NCBI GenBank assembly: GCA_000934665.2
Contig: KZ538926.1
Coordinates: forward strand, 1 to 39,835
DNA from: Catajapyx aquilonaris
Lineage: Eukaryota
Direction: 5' to 3'
Length of the DNA stretch: 39,835 nucleotides
Shown here in pieces: positions 13,776-39,078 of this stretch. Positions within the stretch are counted from its first letter, which is position 1; each line of letters starts with the position of its first letter. A program made the position numbers and the translations under genes. Below the pieces are notes generated by a model, which saw nothing but the letters and a program-made list of their open reading frames with translations, was not told where the DNA came from and searched no databases.

Positions 13776-16700
13776 TTAAGCAACAAGTGCCAGCAATGCT
13801 TTCTTGTAATCTCCTGATGTGTCACTCTGCAACAAAATCATTCAGTGAGTAACCCAGTTGGTCAAAATGATGGTTTTTCCCCACTTACTGAAATGGCACT
13901 TTCCAGTGTCTTCTTATACAAGCGATGGTATTCCTGTTTCACATCACCCAAATCCTTCTCAGCACGTGTAACAAGAATCCATATGAGGAGGTTGTCCTTG
14001 GTGCCCATTCCAGCCATGCTCTCATGCAGGCGCTCTGCAAAGTATGCTGCTCGGCTTCTGGCACACTTAACTAAAAGGTGAAAATGTGTTCATTCTCAAG
14101 TCACTCCACACTGAAAGGAAACATACCAATGGCTAACATTCCATCTTCCACATCACCCGACATCTCCTTCTTGACAGCCGTCTCAAAGCTGTGGCCTCTC
14201 AAGCGCTGGTACTCCTCAAAAATCATGCGCAACTGGGCAAAGTTTTGTGTGGCCAGCACAGCATTGAAAGTTGATTCATCAGTGCCAAGGTGTTTCTCAC
14301 CTAGAATGAGGGTAATGTAAGAATATTTCCATTCATCAAATGAGATACTCTAATACCTCACCTGCATGATACAATTCCTGGGCTGCCTGTTGAGCTCTGC
14401 CAGGATCCACAACATTACTTTCATCCCGGTTACCCTGAAGCATGAATGTGGGATTAATAACAAGTCAGAATTGCTCATCAAAAGATGACATACCACAGAC
14501 ATGGACACCATCAGACGTTTAAAATGTCCAGATGTATCACCACGCAGATCGTTCTCCAGTGGCTTGCGATACACTGTAAAAAAATTCATTAAAATGCTGG
14601 ATTTCATTTTTAAATGTTATGAGGTATTCCAAAATTAAGCTCTACAATTTAGAAAAATTGCTACTTCCTTCTATGCAATTAAATTTCATGTAAATAGGTA
14701 TGTGATGATATTTGAGACTTGACACTTAATGCTACTGTCCACAAACACCACATCAATTGGCTTACAAATTCTGTTACCACCATATGGAAAATGCTTAGAT
14801 CACCATGGTGTGTGTGTCTAGTAATAGCTAAAACTTGTTGCCATCAAGGTGCTATGAATAATTTTGGAACAAATTTATTATGCATTTTAATGGCAAATGT
14901 CTCTTACTTTAGGAACACATGACTGTAATACTGTACGTTATTTGCAGCATAATTATATGGTGCCTTTCCCATCAGAGTATTTGTCACATTCTAGGGTTTT
15001 CCCTTGTTATGAATTATTTGGTCAGTTTGTATATACCAACCATTAATAAGCAGAAATCCTTTGTTTTTTCTTAAGCTGAGTTTGGTTCTATTTGCCCTTG
15101 CATTTAATAATGTCCACTACGCTACTTTTTCCACAGAATGACCCATAAAAAAAAGCCTTACTTCTTTGATAGGTTGCTTTTATTTCCTGAATCTCAGCGT
15201 TGGTTGAAGTGCACATAATATCCACCAATCGTCGCTCATTTGTTCCAATTCCAGAAATTGCCTCATGAAGTTCATGAGCATGATACTCAGGCAGAGGGCG
15301 CAGCATTTCCACAATGACCTTCTCCAGATTCCCACCCAATTCACTCTTCAGGTCAGAAATCAGATCTTTTCCATACGCTTGTTTGTAGGCCATGACAATG
15401 TTCAGCCTCTCATAATTGGTGCGGCGACACAAAACATTAATGATGGCTTGCTCATCAGTCCCGAAGCCCTTCATGGCTTTGCGCAATATTCCTGCATCAT
15501 CACTTGGATTAAATGATGGGTTTGGACGCACTGTTGGGGTGCCCTGGAGAAGGGGAAGATATGGAAAAATTAGTCACCTACATTAAAATTGACCTTGCAT
15601 GCATTGATTTGAACCAAAGTGCCAAGATATATCTTTAATGCATCACCCTTTACTATAAACCATCAAATGTTCAACCATAAACTTAATTTTTCCAGAACAA
15701 AACTAAAACCGTGCCATTGCACTCCAAATTGTGTCTGGGGAGGTTGCCTTGTCACTTTGCTTCTGAGGCAAACAATGCATGTGCCCTTACTAGCTACATA
15801 GTTAAAATTATCTGGGAATCCTGCCCTTCCAGGTGTCTAGGTTTACAAAGGTGGACAAAGAAGCAAAAAAAAAAATTATAAAGTGGCAATACAACCTCTG
15901 TGCAAACAAAAACATGTTGCCTCACTATAACTATACCTTAAGAACCTCGGCACGGCCTTGACCGGGAGCAGCAAAGGTAGATGTGGTTCTAGTGACAGAG
16001 GAATACTGGGAGGAAATATGCTTGGGTGGTCCAATTGTGTCAATTGGAGTGGGAGAATTCATTGAAGTTGAAATATTAGTTCTCTGACTAGTAATGCCAC
16101 CATAGCCTGGTTGTGGAAGGTACCCAGGAATGCTTGGTTGTGTGTAAGGTGCTTGGGGTTGAGTGCCGTATGATGCTGATTGTGGTGTATAGTTAGGTTG
16201 GGCAACATAGGGTGGCTGAGGAGATGTGGAGCGTGGCAGGGGAGCACTACTAGGTGGCATGCTTGGTGATGGCTGAGCAGAGAAGGGTAGCTGTGGTGGA
16301 TACATAGGACCTCCTTGAGGACCACTAGGAGGGTAAGGGAGTTGGCCTTGTGGTGGATAACCAGAGCCTTGAGCAGAATAACCAGGACCTTGTGGGGCAT
16401 AGCCAGGTTGAAAGCCAAGCTGTGGAGCTTGTGGGTATCCACCAGGAGTAGGAAAACCAGTTTGGCTTGTGGGATACCCTGGTTGGGTTGCAGGGTATCC
16501 AGGCTGTGGTGCAGGATAACCCTGTTGTGCAGGGGGGTAACCAGGTTGTGATGGAGGGTAACCAGGTTGTGAGGGGGGATAACCCGGTTGTGACGGAGGG
16601 TAACCAGGTTGGGCAGGATATCCACTTAAGGAAGGGTACATGGATGATCCTGTGTTCCCAGGAATCTGAAAGATATAGGCAAGAGGTCAACAAAACTGTG

Positions 16701-19700
16701 CCAGGCAAAGAAATAATAAGCAATTACTGATGTTATTGAAATCTGAAGGTTTTTGCTCAAAAACCATGAGAGTAGTTGTTATATTATGCAATAAAAAGCA
16801 AGGTGATAGTTTGACTCCCCTTAGTAGTCAAATTGTGAGAACCACACAAAAACATGCTAGAGAAAATGCGAGTTATGTGCAAGTTGTTTTCAAAAGTATG
16901 TTTCAACTGCAAGAAGCAACTCCAAAGACTCCCCAATCTTTTGCCACACAAAAAACACTGAAATATATGCAGTGTTTATCATAATTTTCACATTCGTTGT
17001 CAGTGGATATTTTGTGGACTCCCCTATGTCAAGGCAGTGCGTAAGTGGCATGCCACATACAAGCTGGACAGGTGAACCAAGAGTTCTCCTCTCTTGAAGT
17101 CAGGAGGGGGCAACCTAACTGACAGGTATGCATGGGGTGTCTGAAAAGTTTGGCGAATATTGCAATCAAACCGACAAAACAAAAGGTACATAGGAATTAC
17201 CTTTATTGGCATTCAAAGTGCTCTCCATCAGACAACACAGTTTTGAAATCATTCGTCAAGCTTCTGAGAACAGTTAGAAAAATTTATCTTTGGACCTTCC
17301 TCCAGATCTGTTGTCACGCAGGCCTGAATGTCCCCAAAGCATGATCCCATCATTAAGGGGATGAATTTTAAAAAAAAAGTCTACAGGAGAAAGGTCAGGG
17401 GAGTACATTGCATGATCCAAAACAGTGATACCACGTTGAGCCTTGGATTCATGAAGGGATCATGTTTTGTATATATCATGGAGGTCAGGCCCATGTGACA
17501 ACAGATCTGGAGGGGTGTCCAAAGGTAAGTTTTTCATACTTTTTTTTTCCCAGGAACTTTACGGATGGTTTCAAAAGTGTGTTGTGTCGGGGAGGCATGG
17601 TGGCCGAGAGGGTAGTGTCTCGGCTTGCTGTGCGAAAGGTCCCGGTACCCACCCAGGAGTTCCCTTTCACCTGCGTCGGAGGGTCTCTGACCCGCGCCTT
17701 GGAGGCGTCTACCAACCTAACCTCCAGAGAGACTGCACATGGCCCATTTTCCAACATTGCACTTGCACCTGTGTCTTCTCCCCAGAAATCCCTATCCCTA
17801 CCCTATGTCCTTGATTCCTTGCCCCAAAGTCTGCAGAAAAACCATATAATTATAAAAAATTGAAGGTGGGGTTCCACCCCCCTATAAGGGCAACGTTCTC
17901 TAGCATGGGGTAAATTTTGTTATTTATTAATGTGTTGTGTCTGATGGAGAGCCAATAAAGGTAATTTCTACAGTATGTACCTTCTGTTTTGTTGCTTTTA
18001 TTGTAACATTCACCAACATTCACCGAACTTTACAGACACATCACGTATGCAACATTTCCACCGATATGTGTGTGAGGAAATTCTGATAAACAGAGTATAG
18101 CCATATCCGTGCTGATAGTATGTAAGATATGCAATATAAGTGTGTGTGATATAAGTTGCAGCATTACTGTGCACCATAAAGCATGTCCAGAAAGTACTAA
18201 TTTGGAACATGAAAAGGTGGCTTCAGAACAAACCAACATAAACATAGGCCTACATGGAAAAAATAATGCATAATATGATGTTATATTATGCATATGTTAT
18301 ATTATAACATTGAGTTCCTCATCAGAGGGCTTACACATCAAACAGGTGGCATGGCAGTGAAAAATAAATATCATGTTTTAGAAATTGGATTTAGGCCTAC
18401 AATGAAATCTGCTTAGGTGTGGGTGGCATGTTCATTTAATGGTTAGCACTAGAGCCTTCCATCTCTGAAATCCAGAGTTCAATCTTCACATCATACGAAT
18501 TTCTCATGTGTAAAGAGTTCTGATGGGTTCTCTCCATGTTCGCATGGGTTTTCTTGGTGTTTTCTCATTTCCTCCCACTATCACAATCCATACCATTGAA
18601 TATTAATGAATAAATTTGAGGGTTAAAATGCAGCCCTACGCCTATCACAGAGTATAAAGTCTATGCTAAATAGTTAAATGCTATACTTTTATTAAAGCTT
18701 TCTATATTTCTTCACAACCCCTGCATTCGTAATGTGCAGAGAGAATGTTAGCCTACACAGGGTTCAGAAATTTAATCTGCCTTTGCTTTGAGGGATGGTA
18801 GAAGGATTCTAGGCGATCATTTTAAGTATAGGTATCGTGCGTCTCTGAAGCATAGTTACAGAGATAGTGTACTTCAAAGTTCAAACACAAAGTATAAAAT
18901 ATCCTGGCAGGTATGCGTCCCTCCATGCGACCTTACATTTTTCATTTAAATTTAAGGTGTTATCATGCAATTTAAATTTAAAATGCAATCCCATTAGGCG
19001 TAGCAGACAGTGGACTAGGCGATGGCAGTGTCATAGGCTGTATCATAAACATAGAAGCCGGTATAATGCACTTTTTATTTAATGCTAATTATCTCGGTAA
19101 CTATGCTTCGGAGACCCATGACACATATACTTAAAATGATCATCTAGAACCTTTCTACCATCCCCCAAAGCAAAGGTAGATTAAATTTCCGAACCCTATA
19201 TATGGCACACCGCAAACTGTGTATCATAATTATTTCAAATTCCAGTTCACATCAACACACACTGCATCCAAATGCAAGATCCAAGTATCTGAAGGGTCAC
19301 CCAATTCTTACTCGCAAGATCTAGTTTCTATCAGGGTGTGTGTACAGTATACGTGGATACTTCAGGGCATTAGGGTTTCCTATCTTTAATGTCATCTGTG
19401 TAGTGCCTTCTAGTGATGTGGATTACCACATCACTAGAAGGCACTACACAAGGTCTCCTCTCACAGGTTCCTTTCAAGGAACCTGTGAGAGGAGACCTTA
19501 GCTTCTTTTGGCTGACAATACGAAATCACCCCACTTCCCCGTCTTGCATTTTGCCGCCCCCCAAACCACCACCCCACAAATCACACCAATGAATCATTCC
19601 CATTTCTCAGCGCCCCATATCACCGCCTGCGAAACTGGTAGGCCTATGCAAAGACGCATTAATACAAATGGGATTCTCCAAAATGCAATGATTAGTGTGG

Positions 19701-20809
19701 GGTCGTGAAGGGAAAAAAGGCCTGTATCCGCAAGGAAGGAAGGTTAGGTTATGTTGGTACATGAATGGATGTGTCGGCAGTGGTTAGTCATGTTTTAGTA
19801 CAAAACTGCTTATTATTAAGTAGCTACTTTCATACAATTACTTTTAGGGGCTACGACAACACCAGTTGCTAATATTACGTGGCCCTTCAGGCATATAAAA
19901 TATTTGCTCAACAGTAACATTAGATGTAACTGCTTAAAAATAAGCAGATTTGTCATAGTACTGTACCATCTTCACATTTCTGAAGCAACGTGTCCTCTAT
20001 CAGGCAATTTTATTATTTATTGACAGGGAGGAAGTGATCAGCCAGAACGACCACACAGTCAGAGAATCGAGGTAATAAATAAATAAATAAATAAATAAGT
20101 GATCAGCCAGGATGTGGGGGCTGTCAGTATGGTACACAGGGTGGAAATCAGTGGTAATTAAGCTGCACCACACTTCCTCCACAATCAAGGATGTAGAATC
20201 ATGTGACAAGGAGCACATTGCTTCAAAGATATGCTGGTGGTACTGTACTCTGCCGTCAGTTGTAAGAAGACCGTAACTCAAAAACTAGTAAGGGCGAAAG
20301 TCGCATGCATGCCGTGCACTAATCCACCCTGGCTCAGAGGGGATTAGTGCAGGGCGTGCATGCGACTTTCGCCCTTAGTGGTTTTCGAGTTACGGTCTTC
20401 TTACATCTGACGGCAGTACTGTACAGTGCTAAGTCCTACGAACACTCCCACTGAACACTGCATTTAAAATGAATTTTTTATTGCCACATAAAACTCCTGA
20501 TCCAATATGTCAATGGAAAAATTACACAATCTACTGGTTTTCCCACTGTCTAGTTAACTACAGCACGACCCAATAAAGCTCTCTTACATGGCTAGGTCTT
20601 CCAACCTTGAAATGCCGCAACACAGCATGACACGTCTCACAAATTTAATCAGACTTGCGAGCATGTCACATGTACACGGGCCCACCAAACCGAACCTGCA
20701 TTCCGCTAGGCTTGTCTTCCCAAGTGCTTCTCACACTTAAACAACAGCATGCAGAAGCTCAAAAACATCAAAAAACCTGAGGAGGTGTCGGGTATCCTGG
20801 GTAACTCAT
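13776..20809 (-). CDS. AnxB11: Annexin B11-like (ANXA7/ANXA11 type), complete spliced CDS of about 567 aa. Exons: 20777-20809, 15937-16665, 15162-15543, 14494-14573, 14362-14434, 14127-14300, 13889-14070, 13776-13826
   Basis: First exon encodes [11 protein letters not shown], like the MSYPGYPP start of ANXA7/A11. It joins in phase 0 to a 729-nt Gly/Tyr/Pro/Gln-rich exon and then the annexin core ([73 protein letters not shown]). Total 1704 nt in frame, all GT-AG introns. Confidence 0.88.
16470..16626 (-). repeat. Coding 21-nt tandem repeat (GYPPSQP-like heptads) in the AnxB11 N-terminal low-complexity domain
   Basis: Translation [55 protein letters not shown]. Confidence 0.9.
17131..18045. 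mobile_element. Mariner-like MITE with long diverged TIRs, carrying a SINE insertion
   Basis: 17131-17240 is an imperfect reverse complement of about 17930-18045 (AATTACCTTTATTGGC / GCCAATAAAGGTAATT; CTCTCCATCAGACA / TGTCTGATGGAGAG). TA on the right flank. Confidence 0.6.
17586..17820 (+). mobile_element. tRNA-derived SINE, diverged
   Basis: A-box-like TGGCCGAGAGG and a degenerate B box. Shares ATTGCACTTGCACC with the SINE at about 21600-21800. Confidence 0.55.
18420..18620 (+). mobile_element. Old tRNA-derived SINE with a V-domain-like core
   Basis: Degenerate tRNA head (TAATGGTTAGCAC...GAGTTCAATC) followed by GTTCTCTCCATGTTCGCATGGGTTTTCTTGGTGTTTTCTCATTTCCTCCCAC. Confidence 0.5.
18758..19198. 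mobile_element. Tc1/mariner-type MITE with about 110-bp TIRs
   Basis: CAGGGTTCAGAAATTTAATCTGCCTTTGCTTTG... pairs with ...CAAAGCAAAGGTAGATTAAATTTCCGAACCCTA; TA flank on the right. Confidence 0.75.
19397..19499. repeat. Two abutting perfect inverted repeats (25-bp and 24-bp arms)
   Basis: 19397-19421 pairs with 19426-19450 (loop ATTA); 19450-19473 pairs with 19476-19499 (loop TC). Confidence 0.95.
20250..20416. mobile_element. Fold-back MITE
   Basis: About 75-bp arms starting CTGCCGTCAG.TGTAAGAAGACCGTAACTC, flanked by the direct repeat TACTGTAC(T/A). Confidence 0.7.
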
Positions 20810-20999
20810 CTCGTTGTCCTGTGTTGATCACAAGCCTCCACAGACAGTACCAGCAAATGCCACGTCCTGCAGAGTAGTCCAGATAATGAACACTTCACGC
20901 AATTTACGTAATCACGTCCCGGCTGGGTAACCTTCCCATCCCCATAATTGAAATGCTTCCCGGTAAAAATGACAAAAAACAGTAATAACGTGCCTACCA

Positions 21000-21240
21000 A
21001 TCCTTAGTCCCTGATGACCCTAATCTTCGGCCTTCCCGCACTCACACGTACTCAATGGCCCTGACCTAGTTCCGAACTTTGTTTAAGGCGTGGTTCGGAC
21101 TTCAGGGTGCGTCGTTTTGACGGCCGGGAAAGTGTGGGAAAAAAAACAATCACGTGCAAATTTCCAATATGGCGGCTATCATACATGGGAAGCCGCCTGC
21201 TTCAAAGACACTTCAAAGATGTACGTGCGAACCAAACACT
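21000..21240 (-). promoter_or_regulatory. Probable AnxB11 promoter region
   Basis: CpG-richer stretch 200-400 bp upstream of the ATG, with TCACGTG (21150-21156) and a YY1/Pho-like AATATGGCGGC (21166-21176). Confidence 0.35.
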
Positions 21241-21594
21241 ATAATTATATATAATATAATTATAATAATATCTCTATATATATAAATATGGAAGCTTCAT
21301 TGTTAGTTTGGATGTTTGTCCCTTATAGAAATCCAGGGGAAGGCCCCTACACTGCCTTAAATTAGCATATCGGTTGTTACTTTTTCCAAGGAATCTAACG
21401 CCGCATGTTTCAGCTTCCGAAAATGTACCTAACTCCCACAACACGCATATTCCTGCCTCAACAATTAGCTTACAATAATAACAATAAATCAATTTGCATT
21501 CCCATGGAAATGCCTCTTTTTTTTATATTTACCTCCCTGCATCGTACCGCAGGGAGGGAACCTTTATTTCGTCTTGAAATCTTGATGGAACCTT

Positions 21595-21800
21595 TTTGAC
21601 GTAGCGCCCGGGCAGGGTGACTGGGAGGGGATGTGCAAGGTGCAAGTGCAATTCTCAAACGGTATATTTTGTGAACTCCCCCGGGTGGATTAGTCTGAGG
21701 AGATTCCACCCGAGACGACCCAACTCTGCACGGGATGAAGGAGGGAACCCCGGGCTGGGTTCGAACCCGACGTTTCCGAAGCGCCACTTTGTCTCCCCTA
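21595..21800 (-). mobile_element. tRNA-derived SINE inserted inside the first Helitron copy
   Basis: B box GGTTCGAACCC; body GTGAACTCCCCCGGGTGG and GGGGATGTGCAAGGTGCA shared with 26962-27388. Confidence 0.75.
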
Positions 21801-22042
21801 GGAAATGCCCTTATGCCACAATACCTAGCAAATGAAACCATCTCCGTAAATTCAGCGCATCCACCAATTACGCTAATTGGCCACCTCACGTGACTTCGTA
21901 TCTTATGGTAATTCTGGGATTTTGTGGGATTTGAAACTAGACTTCCAGACAAGGTAAATACAATTAAATAATATAGTACTTGCAAAATATTACTCCGTGT
22001 TGAAAACAAAATTTCCCATCATACATCTGTACGTACATTTCT

Positions 22043-22095
22043 NNNNNNNNNNNNNNNNNNNNNNNNNNNNNNNNNNNNNNNNNNNNNNNNNNNNN
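22043..22095. other. Assembly gap (N run) followed by a poly-G tract
   Basis: Run of n characters in the sequence. Confidence 0.99.
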
Positions 22096-24469
22096 GGGGG
22101 GGGGGGGGTCAAGGGGTCAAAAATGCAGGGGAAAAAACACATGGCTGTGTAGGGTAGTCTTTTCCTGGGCCAACTCCATCCGCATTCCTCCTTTTACACA
22201 TCCAATCAGAATATCCGTGTCGACTGTACGCTATAAGACAAGCAGGTAATCTATCACAAATATGTGCCCCTATCTTTACCAGCACCCCAACATACCCGGG
22301 CAACGCCGGGTAACCTGCTAATTCCATGGGAATGCAAATTGATTTATTGTTATTATTGTAAGCTAATTGTTGAGGCAGGAATATGCGTGTTGTGGGAGTT
22401 AGGTACATTTTCGGAAGCTGAAACATGCGGCGTTAGATTCCTTGGAAAAAGTAACCCCCGATATGCTAATTTAAGGCAGTGTAGGGGCCTTCCCCTGGAT
22501 TTCTATAAGGGACAAACATCCAAACTAACAATGAAGCTTCCTTATTTATAGAGATAGAGATATCTCTATCTCTATAAATAAGGAAGTTTGTCAGTTTGGA
22601 TGTTTGTCCCTTATAGAAATCCGGGGGAAGGCCCCTACACCGCCTTAAATTAGCATATCGGGAGTTACATTTTTCAAGGAATTTAATGCCGCATGTTTCA
22701 GCTTCCGAAAATGAACGTAACACCCATAACACGCATATTCCCAATTAACCAATTATCAATTACCTATTTAACAATATTCATAGATTTCCATGGTAATGCC
22801 CTCATTACATTGTAGGCCTACCACCATAACATACCCGGGCAACGCCGGGTAACCTGCTAGTAATAATTATAAGCTCTTTGGTGCGAACAGTTACTTTTTT
22901 GGGGTATAAGGACTAATTTTTTTTTGTACCGGTATACGGGTATACTCACCTGCGACCGCCTGCGACACAGGATGAGAAAAGTCACGGGAGCATACCGCCA
23001 TGCCTTCAGTAATAGGGTTTTTGCAGAGGGTCATTAAAACATGTTTTTTTAGTTGTTGTTGTTGTCAGCTCTCAAATTTTATTGTTTCTTACCACAGATC
23101 AATCAGGTTATCTGGTGATGCATAGACAAGAACCATACATGGTCCAATACAGCTTGTGTTGGGAATAAAAAGGAACATTGTAATCCTCACAATAATTTCC
23201 CTTCATTTTCACTAAACATATCGGACTGCAGAGCAATTTACTGTTGTATAATAATGGTTTCATTGCAGTATTCCCAATGATACTGTTAATTTATCACTCA
23301 ATGAGTTTCATTCTCTGGTGCATTATGCTGATATTTACATACATCCAAGGGGTTACCAACTGATGTTGTGCACCAGTATGTTGTTGATGGTTACTCATGG
23401 TTAACTGTGGTTGCCTCCTCTGGACATGACCCAAACAGACACAGTTTCCCTGGGAACTTGGCCTTTGATTAGGTGTGGTTCGCTTCTTTACCATCATACT
23501 CTGTGTTAATCAAAACTTGAACACAGTACCAAAATACAATCATGTAAGATCTACATTGTTGTATATTAATACAAGATTAGTATGCTTCGCAACACTAATA
23601 TACAAGACATAATTGCATGAGGCAATGCTGAAGCACAGTCTTTAATCACATCATATGCAAGTCATGACAACTCCGTTTTTACAAGGGCCTAATCAAATGA
23701 AGTTATTGTGTGTGGATTAGGACATGGAATGGGAACAAGACAGAACTGACATAGGAAATTCATAAATTCATAATGTCACCTGATTCACAAATAACAAGCA
23801 GCTATTTTGACCATTCAAGTTTCACCCTTGCATTCTTTTTCGCAGAGGTATATCGAATCACTCTCCTTGTTTTTCCCTCCACATTCTAACAGTTAAACCT
23901 AGTGGTTAAGTAATGCAAGTGCAACATAATGCCTAATAATCATTGACACTTGGTGTCAGAAAAGATTAACATGAACGACACTAGGAAACACTTATTATTT
24001 CCACATCTGCACCCAAGTTTTTCAGACGGTATGTTCTACAACAATTGGAAAAAAATCCTTATCACGCAACTGTGGAATATAAAAGCCAAAATATTACAGT
24101 GCAGAATAAAACACCAACAAAAAGAGGTGAGAGCAGCCATAAAACTCACATTATGAGAGAATATTTAAGCATTCATGGGATGATTTTTCGGGCATCCATT
24201 ACACAATATCAGTTACAAGTAACTAGCTAATCACTTTCTATCTAGTACTGTACATGCAATTTCTCATTGGCACTTTCATTTTTTGGCATCTACATTCCAC
24301 ATTTGGTTCCTGAGTAACCACTGCAAGCATTGTCATGATCATCTGTTTGTCACACTTGGCAGTATACATCTTGAAGACAATCTCGCCATGCACCCTTCTG
24401 CATTTCTGCATCACTCATACACAATGCAGTGATTCCTGAGGATTCAGTAATGTTTGACACACATCACAA

Positions 24470-24600
24470 CTAAGGGAACATGTCTGCCTCATCTACCACA
24501 CTGAAGAAGATATCGCACCAGTGTGCACAGAATGCCCCCGCCAGGAATCGAACCCGGGTCGACACTTTTGAGTGTTGGCTCTGCCACTGAGCTACGAGGG
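24470..24600 (-). mobile_element. tRNA-like SINE head or tRNA pseudogene in the probable SMG1 3' UTR
   Basis: Minus strand TAGCTCAGTGGCAGAGC...GGGTTCGATTCCTGGC: good A and B boxes but a non-canonical anticodon arm. Confidence 0.6.
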
Positions 24601-25825
24601 TGTCAGCACACATGGCTTGACCTCATCTCTAAGGAGTAAATAGCTTTCGTACTTCCTGAATAATACAACACCACAATATTAATACAAACACAACAACTCA
24701 AGTATTTCGTGCTTCTCTCCAATTGTGTGTGGAGAACCTAAAACATTCCATTTGCTGCATTGTTGTATCACTCCTCTACTACACAGTGAATAAACATGCC
24801 TCCATATGTTATCATCTGAAGCATACAAGCTCATAATGAGTGCTTTGCTTGAGGTTTGGAGGGTGTTGATATGCATGTATTAGCCATGAGCTTTTCTTGT
24901 TCAGGAACTCTCGTAGTGTAATAGAAGAGAAAGTCATGAGTTCCTACTTGTCTCTGACAACGCCAAAATTCCTGGCATTCATCAAATCAAAAATCAAATC
25001 AGAATGCCTGTCCTTACAATACTATTGGAAACAACAATTTTAAAATTACACAAAATAAATCACAATAAAACCACAAGAACTGAACAAAGTCCTACATTAC
25101 CCAAAAAAGAAATATAATATATAACAAGTATGTAAATCCCCCCAAAAAATAAACTCTACAAAATTATAGACAATATTAGGCCACCTTTAGGCATTTTCAA
25201 ATATAAAGTAGTTCAAACAAATGTCACCTGAATACAATAGAAATAAATATGATAAACTTATATGAAGATTACATAATTGCATAAATTGGTATGAATATTA
25301 TATTAGGTGATTTTATAAATGCTTCAATCAAAATAATAAATAATTTTATGAAGCGATCAAAATTGAGTGACTGAATATGTAAATATTGCAAAAAAATATA
25401 ATAAAGAAAATCTTTGATAAAATAAAGGCCCAACAAAACAACAAACAAACATTAACAGAGTGGAAACATGTCGGCAGACCCCCACTTTGCAAGGGCATGA
25501 TCAGGCTGTTGTACCTGAGTAGCTGGCAAGACAGCTTTTCCTTAAGATGTAAAATCCCCCCACCCCCACTTATCTATGAGCTCTCCCCTTCTCAACTGGC
25601 ATGGGAACAGGGGAAGGGGTGCCAAGCTGACCTCGAGGGGAGGGAGGGAGGATCCACCAGGCGCACGACGAGGCAACTGGGGAACGATGCTCGTTCAATG
25701 TTGCCGGCCTGTGTGGTTGGCTACGAGCTCTTCCTTTCTGCCATCTAGATGGCAAGAACTCGGGGTGTGGCTGGGATGCCTCCTTCACACCAGGGATCAA
25801 AACGCCAACGGGGCACTTTGTCCCT

Positions 25826-39078
<13,253 letters not shown>

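Larger units (their letters stand above)
21271..22860. mobile_element. Cluster of three non-autonomous Helitron copies: 21271-22321 (+, spans the gap), 22322-22560 (-, 5' part only), 22563-22860 (+, complete)
   Basis: A|TC 5' ends (TCTCTAT...), 3' hairpin ACCCGGGCAACGCCGGGT followed by CTAA|T (22321) or CTAG|T (22860). Shared body GTTTGGATGTTTGTCCCTTATAGAAATCC. Confidence 0.85.

Noticed and set aside
16059..16730. Long alternative-frame and antisense ORFs over AnxB11 exon 2
   Set aside because: Shadows of a repetitive Pro/Gly-rich coding exon.
21405..22551. Duplicated ORFs MFQLPKMYLTPTTR... as a gene pair
   Set aside because: Translations of non-coding Helitron copies in opposite orientation.
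22944..23002. Minus-strand ATG...CAG|GTGAGT that could be an extra AnxB11 first coding exon
   Set aside because: Its phase 1 does not match the phase-0 acceptors of AnxB11 and there is no other support; a non-coding exon cannot be excluded.
24530..24600. Possible functional tRNA gene
   Set aside because: The anticodon arm lacks a canonical 5-bp stem with 7-nt loop; better explained as a SINE head or pseudogene.
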